Source: Patescibacteria group bacterium
GTDB lineage: Bacteria; Patescibacteriota; Patescibacteriia; UM-FILTER-42-10
NCBI GenBank assembly: GCA_041666845.1
Contig: JBAYGC010000005.1
Location: 584-64,583, forward strand
DNA: 64,000 nucleotides
Direction: 5' to 3'
Each line of letters begins with the position of its first letter. Positions within the stretch are counted from its first letter, which is position 1. The position numbers and the translations under genes are program-made. This document shows positions 40,694 to 51,457 of this stretch, in pieces. The notes beneath the pieces are model-generated. The model had not been told where the DNA came from. It did no database searches and was given only the letters and a program-made list of their open reading frames with translations.

Positions 40694-41686
40694 ATGAAAG
40701 AAAAGAAATACATTTTCAGCGGTATCCAGCCGTCCGGGGCTATTCATCTGGGCAACTATTTCGGCGCGATCCGGCAGTGGGTAGAACTGCAAAAGACCTA
40801 CACCGGTATTTTCAGTATTGTTGACTATCACGCAATAACGGTAAATTACGATCCGCACAAACTCCAACGCAGGATCTTAGAAGCGGCGGCGGATTATCTG
40901 GCGGCGGGGATTGATCCGAAAAAAAGCATGATCTTTGTCCAGTCGGATGTTCCGGAACATGTTGAGCTTGCGTGGTTATTCAATACAATTCTTCCGGTAT
41001 CTGAATTGCGTCGGATGACCCAGTACAAAGAAAAGTCCGGACGACAGCAGTCAGCCAGCGCCGGTTTGTTAAACTATCCGATTCTGATGGCGGCGGATAT
41101 CTTACTGTACAAAGCAATCGGTGTTCCCGTAGGTGAAGATCAGATACAACATGTGGAATTAACCCGGACAATTGCCAGAAATTTCAACCGGAAATTCGGC
41201 AAAGTGTTTGTTGAACCAAGTGTGATATTATCTCGCGGTTCTCGCATTATGTCGCTGGCTGATCCTTTGAAAAAAATGAGCAAGAGCCTGGGCGAGAAGC
41301 ATTATGTCGCGCTTTCGGACAGTCCGAGTGTCATGCGCAAGAAGTTTATGAGTGCGGTGACTGATACCGGCGTGACGATGTATGAGAAGAAAAAAAGCCC
41401 GGGTGTTTATAATCTGTTTGAATTGCTAGAATTGATGACGGACGCGCAGACCGTGGCGCGCTTTGAGAAGAAATATCAAACCGGTAATCTTTCATACAAA
41501 GAATTAAAGGAAACACTGGGTAATGCTGCGGTTGATATGTTCGCTTCATTCCAGGAGAAAAGGACAAAACTATTATCCGACGAAAAGAAGCTCAGAAAAA
41601 TTCTGGCGGACGGTGCAAGTAGAGCACGAAAAATCGCCCAAAAGACCCTCCAGGAAGCGAAGCAGAAAATGGGAATTGCAAAATAA
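40694..41686 (+). CDS. trpS: Tryptophan--tRNA ligase
   Basis: HIGH-type motif (GIQPSGAIHLGNYFGA) and KMSKS (KMSKSLG). Confidence 0.95.
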   Translation: MKEKKYIFSGIQPSGAIHLGNYFGAIRQWVELQKTYTGIFSIVDYHAITVNYDPHKLQRRILEAAADYLAAGIDPKKSMIFVQSDVPEHVELAWLFNTILPVSELRRMTQYKEKSGRQQSASAGLLNYPILMAADILLYKAIGVPVGEDQIQHVELTRTIARNFNRKFGKVFVEPSVILSRGSRIMSLADPLKKMSKSLGEKHYVALSDSPSVMRKKFMSAVTDTGVTMYEKKKSPGVYNLFELLELMTDAQTVARFEKKYQTGNLSYKELKETLGNAAVDMFASFQEKRTKLLSDEKKLRKILADGASRARKIAQKTLQEAKQKMGIAK

Positions 41687-41689
41687 ATC

Positions 41690-41725
41690 AAAAAAGACGC
41701 CGAGGTTTAACTTAGCGTCTTTTTA
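41690..41725. terminator. Bidirectional intrinsic terminator between trpS and murI
   Basis: AAAAAGACGC-CGAGGTTTAACTTA-GCGTCTTTTT. Confidence 0.75.
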
Positions 41726-41736
41726 GTTGATGAAAA

Positions 41737-42546
41737 CTAGTTTAGTTCGATCGTTTCTGCCTGTATGTTACGACCTAAATACTTTCTGGCTGATGCTTCA
41801 AATCTGGTGTTTTTTTCGGTAGTAAAGAAAATCCTTTTTGCCGGCATTGCTTTCGATATTTTGGCAAATTGAGGATGTTTTTGCAGATAGGCCGTCAGTT
41901 TATCAGCTACAATTTTTCCACTGTCTAAAACTTTAACTCTGCTTCCGAAGTAATTTTGAATATCTTTTTGTAGCCAGCCATAATGCGTACAGCCCAGTAT
42001 TACCGTATCAGGTTGGTGGTTTTTTAAAGGCCTGATATACTTTTTCAAAATCATTTTTGTTTCCGGACGTTTTTCCCATCCCTCTTCAATCAAAGGTACC
42101 AACAAGGGGCACGCCTGTTGTACCACTTTAATTTTTTTGTCCAAACTCTTAATTTCCCTAGTATAGGATTGTGATTCTACTGTACTGCGAGTGCCCATAA
42201 CCGCTACTGTCTTTTTTTTGGTTATAATGGCAGCCTCCTCAGCCAATGGTCTGATTACACCCAGAATATTCTTATTTGGGTACTTTTTTGGTAAATATTC
42301 CCGCTGCAATTTTGGCAGAGCTTCAGCTGACGTTGTGTTACAAGCCAGAATTATCAGATCACACCCTTGTCCAAACAGAAAATCCACAGCCTGTTGGGCG
42401 TATTCATAGATTACTTCCTGACTGCGATTGCCATATGGAGCACGCGCGTTATCGCCGAGATATATGTAATCATATTGCGGCAAGGCCTCTTCTATTTTTT
42501 TATAGATTGTCAGCCCGCCAAATCCAGAGTCGAATACTCCTATCAT
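41737..42546 (-). CDS. murI: Glutamate racemase
   Basis: IGVFDSGFGGLT N-terminus, conserved catalytic Cys residues (CNTTSA, GCTHY). Confidence 0.93.
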   Translation of the reverse strand: MIGVFDSGFGGLTIYKKIEEALPQYDYIYLGDNARAPYGNRSQEVIYEYAQQAVDFLFGQGCDLIILACNTTSAEALPKLQREYLPKKYPNKNILGVIRPLAEEAAIITKKKTVAVMGTRSTVESQSYTREIKSLDKKIKVVQQACPLLVPLIEEGWEKRPETKMILKKYIRPLKNHQPDTVILGCTHYGWLQKDIQNYFGSRVKVLDSGKIVADKLTAYLQKHPQFAKISKAMPAKRIFFTTEKNTRFEASARKYLGRNIQAETIELN

Positions 42547-42551
42547 ATAAT

Positions 42552-44096
42552 TTATTCAATTAAACTTATTCCTGTCATTTCCTTTGGTTTTTCTATGCCC
42601 AGAATTGCAAGTGCGGTGGGGGCAACATCCTTTAGTGCGCCAGAATGTAATTTGCATTTTTTTAGTTCTGGCTTTTCAGAAATAATTATTAATGGCACGT
42701 CCGCGTCTGTGTGATGGGTATGTTCCATGTTCTTGTGCTGATCATAAGTTATCTCAGCGTTACCATGGTCAGCTGTAATAATTACAGTTGCGCCTATTGC
42801 CTGAGCTTTTTTTAGCAGTTTTGCCAAGTACTTGTCAATAGTGGCTACTCCTTTAATTACAGCTTCTTTGATTGCAGTATGGCCAAGAATGTCCGGATTA
42901 GCATAGTTAATAACAACCAAATCATATATATGCTCGTCTAATTTTTGAAGAACCGTTTCAGTTATTTCAGCAACTTTCATTTCCGGTTTAAGATCATATG
43001 TAGCTATTTTATCAGAGGGGATCAATATCCTATCCTCACCGTCAAAAGGATCTTCATGCATTCCGTTAAATATTTTTGTGCAGTAAACCCATTTTTCTGT
43101 TTCGGAAATCCTTAGTTGTTTTAAACCTGCCTTACTCACTACTTCTCCCAGGCAGTTTTTAATTCTTTCTCGGGCAATGGCGAACGGAACTGGAATTCGG
43201 TCGTAATAGTCAGTAAGAGCGACATACTGAATATTCAGTTTGTTTGGCCGGCTGAATTCCTTAAAATTATCTTCTACAAACGCCTGAGTAATTTCAATCG
43301 CACGATCAACTCTAAAATTGAAATTAAACACGGCATCTCCATTCTTAATTACGGCCAAAGGTTTTCCATTCTTGGTAATGATGGTCGGTTTAATAAATTC
43401 GTCCGACTCGCCACGCCGATATGCATCGGCCACTGCCTGATCTACAGAATCAGCCTGGTAATCTCCTTTTCCTTCCGTGAGTGCCCGGTATGCTTTTTCT
43501 ACTCTTTCCCAGCGATGATCCCGGTCCATTGCCCAATAACGACCCATGACCGACGCAATTTCGCCCACTTTTAATTCTTTCATGACTGTTTTGAGCCGAT
43601 CCAGGTATATTTCAACTTCTTTTGGTGGTGTGTCCCGCCCGTCAGCAAAAATATGAATGTATACTTTGTCCAGTTTTTCTTTAGCAGCTAACTCAAGAAT
43701 CATATGGCAGGTCAAATCATAGCTATGTACTCCTTCATTCGAGAGCATGCCAATCAGATGAAGTGCGCCGTTGTCTTGCTTAATTTTTTTAATAGCATTA
43801 ACATACGCAGGCTCTTTCAGGAGCTTGCCACTTAGAATGGCTTGTTTAATCTGCATCTGGGGAAGTAGGGCATTTCTTCCCGCTCCGATAATCAAGTGTC
43901 CAATCTCTGATGCTCCCTGATGCCCATGTTCCAGCCCGATTCCTTCTCCACCCGCCTTTATTCTGGTGTGAGGCCTGGTTTTCTCCAGATTATCCATAGT
44001 TGGCGTGGGTGCCAAAAATATTGGATTATGTTCATCCTTCTTTCCGATTCCCCACCCATCAAGAATAATGATGATTAGAGGTCCCTTATTTTTCAT
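42552..44096 (-). CDS. gpmI: 2,3-bisphosphoglycerate-independent phosphoglycerate mutase
   Basis: LIIIILDGWGIG N-terminus, a metal-binding ADHGNAE motif. 514 aa. Confidence 0.93.
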   Translation of the reverse strand: MKNKGPLIIIILDGWGIGKKDEHNPIFLAPTPTMDNLEKTRPHTRIKAGGEGIGLEHGHQGASEIGHLIIGAGRNALLPQMQIKQAILSGKLLKEPAYVNAIKKIKQDNGALHLIGMLSNEGVHSYDLTCHMILELAAKEKLDKVYIHIFADGRDTPPKEVEIYLDRLKTVMKELKVGEIASVMGRYWAMDRDHRWERVEKAYRALTEGKGDYQADSVDQAVADAYRRGESDEFIKPTIITKNGKPLAVIKNGDAVFNFNFRVDRAIEITQAFVEDNFKEFSRPNKLNIQYVALTDYYDRIPVPFAIARERIKNCLGEVVSKAGLKQLRISETEKWVYCTKIFNGMHEDPFDGEDRILIPSDKIATYDLKPEMKVAEITETVLQKLDEHIYDLVVINYANPDILGHTAIKEAVIKGVATIDKYLAKLLKKAQAIGATVIITADHGNAEITYDQHKNMEHTHHTDADVPLIIISEKPELKKCKLHSGALKDVAPTALAILGIEKPKEMTGISLIE

Positions 44097-44113
44097 AAGC
44101 AGAGAGTAACCAA

Positions 44114-45601
44114 TTATACCCAGCCTAAACGTCCGGTTAAGCTCATAACTTCTTTTCGGTCTAATTTATCCTCAATTTCCGGGAACTGCTCCAGGAAATC
44201 GGCAACAACATTTTTCATCTCCAGTACCCGTTCTTTGGTATCTGCCTCAAAACGGACGGTAAGGTAAGGACTGGTATTGGATGCGCGAACAATCGCCCAA
44301 CTCTTATCATCAAAACTCATTCTCACGCCGTCGATTGTGACTGTCTTGTATAGTTTGGAAAAATGTTCCTGCACTTTTTTGATCACATCGAATTTTACTT
44401 CATCGGCGCAGGGTAGTTTGAGTTCAGTGGTCCGAACAGTAACCGGGAAATCTTTAAACAGAGCGGAAAATGGCTCATTGGAATCCGCGAGCAATTCCAA
44501 TATTCTGGCACCGGCATACATGCCGTCTTCGCTTCGGAACAGCTCTTTAACAAAATAGATATGTCCGGATACTTCACCGCCAAAAATAATGTCAGGATCT
44601 TTCCGGAACGTATCTTTGATCGGCGCGTGACCGGTAATATGCATTAGTGGAACCCCACCGAATTTTGGAATCAGTTCTTCCATCAGCCTGGTGCATTTGA
44701 CGTCATATAGGATTTTTTTACCCGGATCGGTTTTTAATGCTTCCCGGGCAAGCAGTAAAATCATCATGTCCGTATCAACATATTCGCCGTTTTCATCCAC
44801 AAACCCCACCCGGTCACCGTCCGCATCCAGACCAATCCCGCAGTCTGCTTTTGTTTCCACCACTTTTCTGCCTAACTCCTCCATATTGTTCGGCATTTCC
44901 GGGTCCGGCACGTGATTTGGAAAGGTCGCGTCAGGCGTAGTGTAGAGTTCCACTACTTCACAACCCAGCTTGCGGAAAAATTGCGGTGCGAAAAGTCCGG
45001 CACTGCCGTTACCGCAATCAATAACTACTTTCAATCTACGTTTAATATTCAATTTTTTTGTCATGAATTCTTCGTAGTCCGGATATACTTCTTTCTTTTT
45101 CAATTCACCCTTTTCCGCCTGAATGAAGTCCTCCTTTTCCACCATTTCTCTGACTACTTGTAATTCATCGCCATAAATTGGCAGCACACCCTTGCCGTTC
45201 ATTTTAAAACCATTATAAAAATACACGTTATGACTACCGGTAACATTGACGCCGCCGTCAAATTCGTAAAAGCCGTTGGCAAAATAAACCAAGGGTGTCA
45301 GCGCAATACCGACATCAGTGACATCACATCCGGTGGATAGAATGCCGTTAATGAAACCTTGGGTTAGTTCGTTGGAAAACGGACGCAATTCCTGTCCGAC
45401 CACAATGTTTTTGCCGTTATATTTTCTCTGGATGTATGTACCATAAGCTTTGCCCAGAGCCTCTGCTACATCGAGCGTGATATTAATCCCCGGGAAGGGA
45501 CCATACCATTTTTCAAACTCTGCGATTGCATCTTTTGAAAATTCTTTTCCCGCGATGCCGCGGATATCATATAAGCGGAAGATTGTTGGTGATACTTTCA
45601 T
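44114..45601 (-). CDS. Phosphoglucomutase/phosphomannomutase family protein (alpha-D-phosphohexomutase)
   Basis: Active-site TGSHN loop (VNVTGSHNV), a metal-binding GLDADGDR loop and a sugar-binding GEVSGH loop. Confidence 0.9.
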   Translation of the reverse strand: MKVSPTIFRLYDIRGIAGKEFSKDAIAEFEKWYGPFPGINITLDVAEALGKAYGTYIQRKYNGKNIVVGQELRPFSNELTQGFINGILSTGCDVTDVGIALTPLVYFANGFYEFDGGVNVTGSHNVYFYNGFKMNGKGVLPIYGDELQVVREMVEKEDFIQAEKGELKKKEVYPDYEEFMTKKLNIKRRLKVVIDCGNGSAGLFAPQFFRKLGCEVVELYTTPDATFPNHVPDPEMPNNMEELGRKVVETKADCGIGLDADGDRVGFVDENGEYVDTDMMILLLAREALKTDPGKKILYDVKCTRLMEELIPKFGGVPLMHITGHAPIKDTFRKDPDIIFGGEVSGHIYFVKELFRSEDGMYAGARILELLADSNEPFSALFKDFPVTVRTTELKLPCADEVKFDVIKKVQEHFSKLYKTVTIDGVRMSFDDKSWAIVRASNTSPYLTVRFEADTKERVLEMKNVVADFLEQFPEIEDKLDRKEVMSLTGRLGWV

Positions 45602-45650
45602 ATTTTTTTGGATAAAATATGGCCGAGAAATTCCCGGTCATATTTACTGA

Positions 45651-46850
45651 TTATTTATTGCTTTCTGCCAACTGGATTTTTTTTACTTGGACTATTGCTC
45701 CAAACGCCCAGATTACGGCAATGGCATTAATCACCCAGCCGAGCGCCGGTATTGAGGTGAAAATGCTCAGGATAATGATGCCGATAATCATGGCCAGCAG
45801 GAGAGAAAATGACTTGTCTTTTTTCTTTTTTCTAATGCCCAGAAGTATCCAACGGCCGATGAGTAGGCCGACAAACACTTTGCTGATGTAGGCAATTATC
45901 ATATAAATCGCCATAGTGATCATTGCCAGCGGTACACCGATGATTGTGACAATAAGTACGGTACAGACAATCGGCACCAAAATCAGCAACGCCAGCCCCC
46001 AGCCCATGCTTTTGGCCGGCTCATTTTTCATCTGATCAACTATTTTTATGCTATCCTTCTTTAATATTGATACAATAATCATCCCAACGATGAACAGACC
46101 GAACAGGCCGGTTATCTTAAAAAATGCGGTAGTCAGTCCGATAAATTTAAAGAAATCACTTTTATCAAATGGTTGAATGACAGGGGCTTTTTTGATTATA
46201 TCTCCTCCCACTACCGCTTTGTCGGACACGGTCGGATCGGTAACACTTGAATAAGTGAAGTTGCCATTGATAATTGCTTTATCGGTGAGAGTGATTTTAC
46301 CGTTTTCCTGATTGGCATAGATATTCACGTTGCCGCCGATGGTTGCTGAAATATAACTGGTGGCACTGCCGTCAACATGTCCGCCGACTGTGCCTTTGAT
46401 GTTGGCTGTCTCCGCCAGATAGGAAAGACTCCAGCCAATTGAATTATTCAGTGAGGTTGAAAATGACTTAGCGGCTACGTTGGTGTTCTTTCCGATTACT
46501 GCATCCAAATCAACCGTATTGCCGGCGACTCTCACATTTCCCAATACTTCGCCTCTGATGCTAATTGTATTGCCGGCCGCAATTACATCACCTTGAACCG
46601 TGGAATTGATTGTAATGTTTGTTCCGGCCACGACAATGTCGCCGTTTACCGGACCGTTTATTTCAATATTTTCCCCGAATCCGATGAAATTATCATTGAT
46701 CGTCTGGTCGGAATCGATATAGATATTATCCTGTGCTAATATTTTACCGTCAGTAATTCCGGCTAAGGAAGCCTGCGGCAAACCGAAAACAACGCTGATG
46801 GTTACAACAAAAATTATCGCTAATATTGAAAAGATAATCCCACGTTTCAT
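45651..46850 (-). CDS. Membrane protein with extracytoplasmic bactofilin-like beta-helix repeats and a C-terminal multi-TM domain
   Basis: Signal/TM. Repeated GDIVVAGTNITIN/GDVIAAGNTISIRGEVLGNVRVAGNTVDL motifs resemble polymer-forming cytoskeletal (DUF583-like) repeats. About 6 C-terminal TM helices. Confidence 0.55.
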   Translation of the reverse strand: MKRGIIFSILAIIFVVTISVVFGLPQASLAGITDGKILAQDNIYIDSDQTINDNFIGFGENIEINGPVNGDIVVAGTNITINSTVQGDVIAAGNTISIRGEVLGNVRVAGNTVDLDAVIGKNTNVAAKSFSTSLNNSIGWSLSYLAETANIKGTVGGHVDGSATSYISATIGGNVNIYANQENGKITLTDKAIINGNFTYSSVTDPTVSDKAVVGGDIIKKAPVIQPFDKSDFFKFIGLTTAFFKITGLFGLFIVGMIIVSILKKDSIKIVDQMKNEPAKSMGWGLALLILVPIVCTVLIVTIIGVPLAMITMAIYMIIAYISKVFVGLLIGRWILLGIRKKKKDKSFSLLLAMIIGIIILSIFTSIPALGWVINAIAVIWAFGAIVQVKKIQLAESNK

Positions 46851-47065
46851 ATGTTTGTGCTTAATAATTTACCAGCGGTTATTGTACCATTTTTCGCTTA
46901 TAATATAAAGCAAATCACGGTATTTGAATTATATTTTAACCTGTGCTAACCTGACAGTAACATTATGATCTAATAACCCGACAATTTTCATTGAACCTTC
47001 GCCCAAAAGCGCGTGGGTTTTATTTATTGTATTTTTAAGATATTATTCAAGTGAAAGGAAAAGAT

Positions 47066-48361
47066 ATGAATATAAAAAATTTGAAAGAAACAGACCAAAT
47101 AATCGCGGAAACGCTGGAAAAGGAACTTGACCGGCAACGCAACGGAATAGAGCTGATAGCTTCGGAGAACTTTGTTTCCCTGGCAGTAATGCAGGCTTTG
47201 GGCAGTATCGGCACTAATAAATACTCGGAAGGGTATCCAAACAGAAGATATTATGGCGGATGCAAATATGTGGACGAAATTGAAAGTCTGGCGATTGAAC
47301 GGGCAAAAATGTTATTTAATGTTGACCATGTCAATGTACAAGCCTACTCCGGTTCGCCGGCCAATCTGGCGGTTTATTACGCATTGCTGAAACCGGGTGA
47401 TACTGTACTGGGTGCCAAGCTTTCTTTCGGCGGACATATGACTCACGGATTGAAGGTAAACTTTTCCGGCACTTTATATAATTCAGTCAACTATACCTCA
47501 GATAAAAACGGTTATCTGGATTTTGATGAAATCCGGAGTCTGGCTAAGGAGCACAAACCTAAACTGATAATCGCCGGTTTCACCGCCTACCCCAGAATTA
47601 TTGACTGGCAGAAGTTCAGGGCGATCGCGGACGAAGTAGGGGCGTTTTTACTGGCCGACATTTCTCATATTGCCGGGCTGATTATCGGCGGACAGCATCC
47701 CTCGCCGGCCAGGATCGCTGATGTTACCATGACGACTGCGCATAAAACATTGCGCGGGCCACGCGGAGCGATGATTCTTTCCAACGGTACCGTCTCCAAT
47801 TCTAATAAGCCGGTGGAACTGACCAAGGAGAATATTCCGACGCTGATTGACCGGGCAATTATTCCTGGTCTGCAAGGTGGGCCACACAACCATACGACAG
47901 CGGCTATTGCTGTTGCGTTGCAAGAGGCGATGCAGCCGGAATTCAAGGAATACGCGAAACAGATTGTCCTGAACGCCAAAGCTTTGGCGAAATCTTTGAT
48001 GGCGGAAGGATTGGAACTGGTCACCGGCGGAACGGATAACCATCTGATGCTGGTTGATCTGACCAAAACGGGGGTCACCGGCAAGGAAGCCGAAGTGGCG
48101 CTGGGAGAGGCCGAGATCTTTGTGAATAAAAATACCGTTCCTCATGATCTGCGCAAACCCACTGATCCGTCCGGTATCCGACTGGGTACGCCGGCTCTGA
48201 CTACTCGTGGACTTAAAGAAGATGACATGGAACTGATCGGACAGCTGATTACCAAAGTGATCAAGAATATTAATGACTCATCGGTTAAGGGAGAAGTAAA
48301 AAAACAGGTGAAAGAACTGATGGATCAATATCCGCTTTATCCGGGATTAACCTATTTGTAA
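47066..48361 (+). CDS. glyA: Serine hydroxymethyltransferase
   Basis: PLP-lysine motif TTHKTLRGPRGA. Start taken at the ATG with AAGGA SD. The track ORF begins at an upstream GTG. Confidence 0.95.
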   Translation: MNIKNLKETDQIIAETLEKELDRQRNGIELIASENFVSLAVMQALGSIGTNKYSEGYPNRRYYGGCKYVDEIESLAIERAKMLFNVDHVNVQAYSGSPANLAVYYALLKPGDTVLGAKLSFGGHMTHGLKVNFSGTLYNSVNYTSDKNGYLDFDEIRSLAKEHKPKLIIAGFTAYPRIIDWQKFRAIADEVGAFLLADISHIAGLIIGGQHPSPARIADVTMTTAHKTLRGPRGAMILSNGTVSNSNKPVELTKENIPTLIDRAIIPGLQGGPHNHTTAAIAVALQEAMQPEFKEYAKQIVLNAKALAKSLMAEGLELVTGGTDNHLMLVDLTKTGVTGKEAEVALGEAEIFVNKNTVPHDLRKPTDPSGIRLGTPALTTRGLKEDDMELIGQLITKVIKNINDSSVKGEVKKQVKELMDQYPLYPGLTYL

Positions 48362-49186
48362 ATGGCTAAAATATTAAATGGACGGAAACTGGCTGTCGGT
48401 ATCCGACGTAATCTGAAACAAAAAATCGCGAAATCAAATATCCAGCCCGGACTGGCTGCTATTCTAGTAGGTAATGATCCGGCTTCGGAAACTTACGTCA
48501 GTCTGAAGGAAAAAGCATCCGCTGAGGTCGGTATTTATTTTGAAAAATATCTTTTTCCGGCCAAAACCACGCAGGCAAACATTATTCGCAAGGTCAAGAA
48601 ACTGAACCGGGATAAAAAAATCCATGGAATATTAGTACAGTTGCCACTGCCGGGTAGGTTGAATGAAAACAAAGTGATTCATGCGATTGATGTAAGAAAA
48701 GATGCTGATGGTTTCCACGCGGAAAACGTAAAATTATTCCTGAAAGGGAAGTCCGTTATTCAACCCGGTCTGCCTTTCGGGATAGTGACACTTTTGGTAA
48801 GCACTCATGTTTCCCTGAAAAATAAACACGCGCATATTCTAGCGAAGAGCCCGATTTTCATTAGCCCCTTGAAAAAGATGTTGGAAGCAAAAGGGGTGGA
48901 GGTTACATCAGGTAGAAAGATTGATGCAGTAAAAAATATGGACATCGTAATTTCTGCTTTAGGCAAACCTCATTTCATTCAATCAAAACATATCAAAAAA
49001 GGCGCGATTGTTATTGATGTCGGCTATAACCGGAAAGGAAAAAAAGTTGTCGGCGATGTGCATCCTTCGGTAATAAAAAAAGCCGGCTATCTTTCGCCGG
49101 TTCCGGGAGGAGTGGGACCAATGACGGTCGCTATGCTTCTCGAGAATACATACCAATTGGCGAAGCACATCAGGCGCCATTCATAA
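48362..49186 (+). CDS. folD: Bifunctional methylenetetrahydrofolate dehydrogenase/cyclohydrolase
   Basis: NGRKLA N-terminus, a PGGVGP motif and conserved YVSLKEKA lysine region. Its ATG immediately follows glyA. Confidence 0.9.
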   Translation: MAKILNGRKLAVGIRRNLKQKIAKSNIQPGLAAILVGNDPASETYVSLKEKASAEVGIYFEKYLFPAKTTQANIIRKVKKLNRDKKIHGILVQLPLPGRLNENKVIHAIDVRKDADGFHAENVKLFLKGKSVIQPGLPFGIVTLLVSTHVSLKNKHAHILAKSPIFISPLKKMLEAKGVEVTSGRKIDAVKNMDIVISALGKPHFIQSKHIKKGAIVIDVGYNRKGKKVVGDVHPSVIKKAGYLSPVPGGVGPMTVAMLLENTYQLAKHIRRHS

Positions 49187-49628
49187 TTCCCTTGACCCAG
49201 CTTTTCCACTCGCCGTTATCGTCGTTATCTGCCTGAAAGTGACGCCAAAATTCCTGTGGCTTCACCATTTTTATTTTTTTGTATTCACCGAGGAATAAGA
49301 GATCATTGTCTTCGGTAACGATAAATCCGGCTTTTCCGTCGATTGCCGCTTCGATCAGTTTATTATCTTCCTTGTCCCATTTCACTACATTCACCCTGCT
49401 TTTGTGCGGGATGTTTTTTGATTTTCTGTAGAAATCCTCCAGAATTTCAAGATAGGCTTTTTCTCTGATCAATTCCCGGGATTTCTGCCTGTTTTCCTTC
49501 AGTAAGGAACGGTTAAAAACCGCCTGGAGCTTCATTTCCCGGCAGGCATTGATAATCCGAAAAGCATAGCTGGATTCGTCCTGCAAACCGGTGATTAATA
49601 CGTTAGTGTCTAGTACTATTCTGATCAT
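49170..49628 (-). CDS. PIN-domain protein (VapC-like nuclease fold)
   Basis: MIRIVLDTNVLI N-terminal acidic motif and later TEDNDLL. Its 3' end overlaps the folD 3' end by 17 nt (convergent). No antitoxin ORF upstream. Confidence 0.7.
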   Translation of the reverse strand: MIRIVLDTNVLITGLQDESSYAFRIINACREMKLQAVFNRSLLKENRQKSRELIREKAYLEILEDFYRKSKNIPHKSRVNVVKWDKEDNKLIEAAIDGKAGFIVTEDNDLLFLGEYKKIKMVKPQEFWRHFQADNDDNGEWKSWVKGIMNGA

Positions 49629-49815
49629 GGTGTTATTCTATAGGTCTTGTTACAAGTTAGCAAATATCTGATATGATTGGGTGGTAAATGGTAATCGGCA
49701 ATTCGTAATTGGTAATTGTATTCATACATCCATGTTACAATAATATGACTATTTACCACTTACTAATTACATATTTTCAGTTACTAATTACGAATTACTA
49801 ATAAATACAACCCCC

Positions 49816-50880
49816 ATGTCCTTCTCCATCGGAATCGTTGGTCTGCCGAATGTCGGAAAATCAACCCTATTTATTGCTTTAACTAAGAAACAGGTAGATG
49901 CGTCTAACTATCCTTTTTGTACCATTGAACCGAATGTGGGAGTAGTGGCGGTTCCGGATGACCGGCTGGACAAGCTGACTAAAATCTACAATTCAGAAAA
50001 AACTATTCATACGACCATCGAGTTTGTGGATATTGCCGGGTTGGTGAAGGGCGCAGCCAAGGGTGAGGGTCTGGGGAATAAATTTTTGGCGCACATCCGG
50101 GAAGTGGATGCGATTGTGGAGGTTGTGCGGGATTTCAAAAATGACGACATTATTCATGTGAACGGAAAAATTGATCCGGAAGAGGATGTCGCGACCATCA
50201 ATCTGGAATTAATTCTGGCTGATCTGGAAACTGTGAGTAAGCGGTTAGGCCCATTAGAAAAACAAACCAAAGCATCTAAAGATAAAGACTTATTGAAAAA
50301 TGTCGAGATTCTGCAGAACCTGAAAAAGATTCTGGAAAGTGAACAGTTCGCGATTAATCTGGAAGTGAATAAAGAAGATATTAAATATGTGAAAGAACTG
50401 AGCCTGCTGACATATAAGCCGGTGCTGTATGTTTATAATGTTTCGGAAGATGAGATTAATACACCGCGGGAAAACCGCAAAACACCGAATCTGGCCATTT
50501 GCGCCAAGCTAGAAGCGGAACTGGCAACATTACCTGAGGATGAGGTGAAAGAATATCTGTCAGAAATGAAAATTGAGCAGACCGGACTTGAGAAACTGAT
50601 TGTGGAATCATATAAAATGCTGGGACTGGTTACCTTCCTGACTGCCGGTCCCAAAGAAACCCGCGCCTGGACGGTAAAGTCGGGGACACTGGCACCGCAG
50701 GCGGCTGGGGTAATTCACACCGATTTTGAAAAAGGATTTGTCCGCGCGGAAGTAACCAACTGGCAGGATCTGGTGACCTGTGGCGGCGAACAGGGCGCAA
50801 AAGAAAAAGGCCTGATGCATCTGGAAGGCAAAGAATACGAAATAAAAGACGGGGACACGATCTATTTCCGGATCGCCTAG
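49816..50880 (+). CDS. ychF: Ribosome-binding ATPase YchF (Obg-family)
   Basis: G1 motif GLPNVGKST, a DIAGLV motif and a C-terminal TGS domain. Confidence 0.93.
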   Translation: MSFSIGIVGLPNVGKSTLFIALTKKQVDASNYPFCTIEPNVGVVAVPDDRLDKLTKIYNSEKTIHTTIEFVDIAGLVKGAAKGEGLGNKFLAHIREVDAIVEVVRDFKNDDIIHVNGKIDPEEDVATINLELILADLETVSKRLGPLEKQTKASKDKDLLKNVEILQNLKKILESEQFAINLEVNKEDIKYVKELSLLTYKPVLYVYNVSEDEINTPRENRKTPNLAICAKLEAELATLPEDEVKEYLSEMKIEQTGLEKLIVESYKMLGLVTFLTAGPKETRAWTVKSGTLAPQAAGVIHTDFEKGFVRAEVTNWQDLVTCGGEQGAKEKGLMHLEGKEYEIKDGDTIYFRIA

Positions 50881-50954
50881 TTGCTTTACCCGTCTAAAGT
50901 ATGATAATATATAAACAGGGTCTCACCATAAGACACTTCTTCTGAGGAGTCGGC

Positions 50955-51122
50955 ATGGACGACGACACAACCAAGCGGATGTCTCCGCACAAGAAGAAGC
51001 ACACGCCTCCTCCCACAACCAAGAACGGTCAACTGACCGGAAAGGGGGTCACCGTGCTCCTCTCCCGCAGGGAAACTCCCCGTACGAGGAACTTCGTGGA
51101 CGCCAAACCGGCCTTGTGCTAG
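50955..51122 (+). CDS. Hypothetical 55-aa Lys/Thr/Pro-rich protein in high-GC island
   Basis: GAGGAG SD 5 nt upstream of ATG. A hairpin plus T-run terminator follows at ~51250-51290. The overlapping 114-aa minus-strand ORF was rejected as an antisense artefact. Confidence 0.3.
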   Translation: MDDDTTKRMSPHKKKHTPPPTTKNGQLTGKGVTVLLSRRETPRTRNFVDAKPALC

Positions 51123-51457
51123 AGAGGGGGTGATTATATCTCTCTCAAGGGTAGGCGAGAGTCTAAATCTACCCCTTGAGAGTACGAGGGGAGGTGATCC
51201 CACCAGATCGTTTTCATGACCACCGGTCACGTTTCAATACCATGTGCGCCGAGGCTTACTGGGAGGGAAGCTTCGGCATTTTTTTCTAAATTAATTAAAA
51301 CACTTATCAGACCACAGTTGAGTGGTTTTTTTATAATAAAAAATCCTCGGGTACTATAAGAATTAACAGCGATAAATATTGACAATTTGATGATTCTTGC
51401 TACTATGTTGGACTGGTCGCACATTCAAAACAGAAACCGGGAGAGGGGGGTGACACA

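Noticed and set aside
47648-48145. 165-aa and 139-aa minus-strand ORFs inside glyA
   Set aside because: Entirely embedded antisense in a well-supported conserved gene. Arg/Gln-rich low-complexity translation.
50886-51230. 114-aa minus-strand ORF spanning the first high-GC block
   Set aside because: No SD. It overlaps a plus-strand small ORF that has a GAGGAG SD and downstream terminator. Likely an antisense artefact, though neither is certain.
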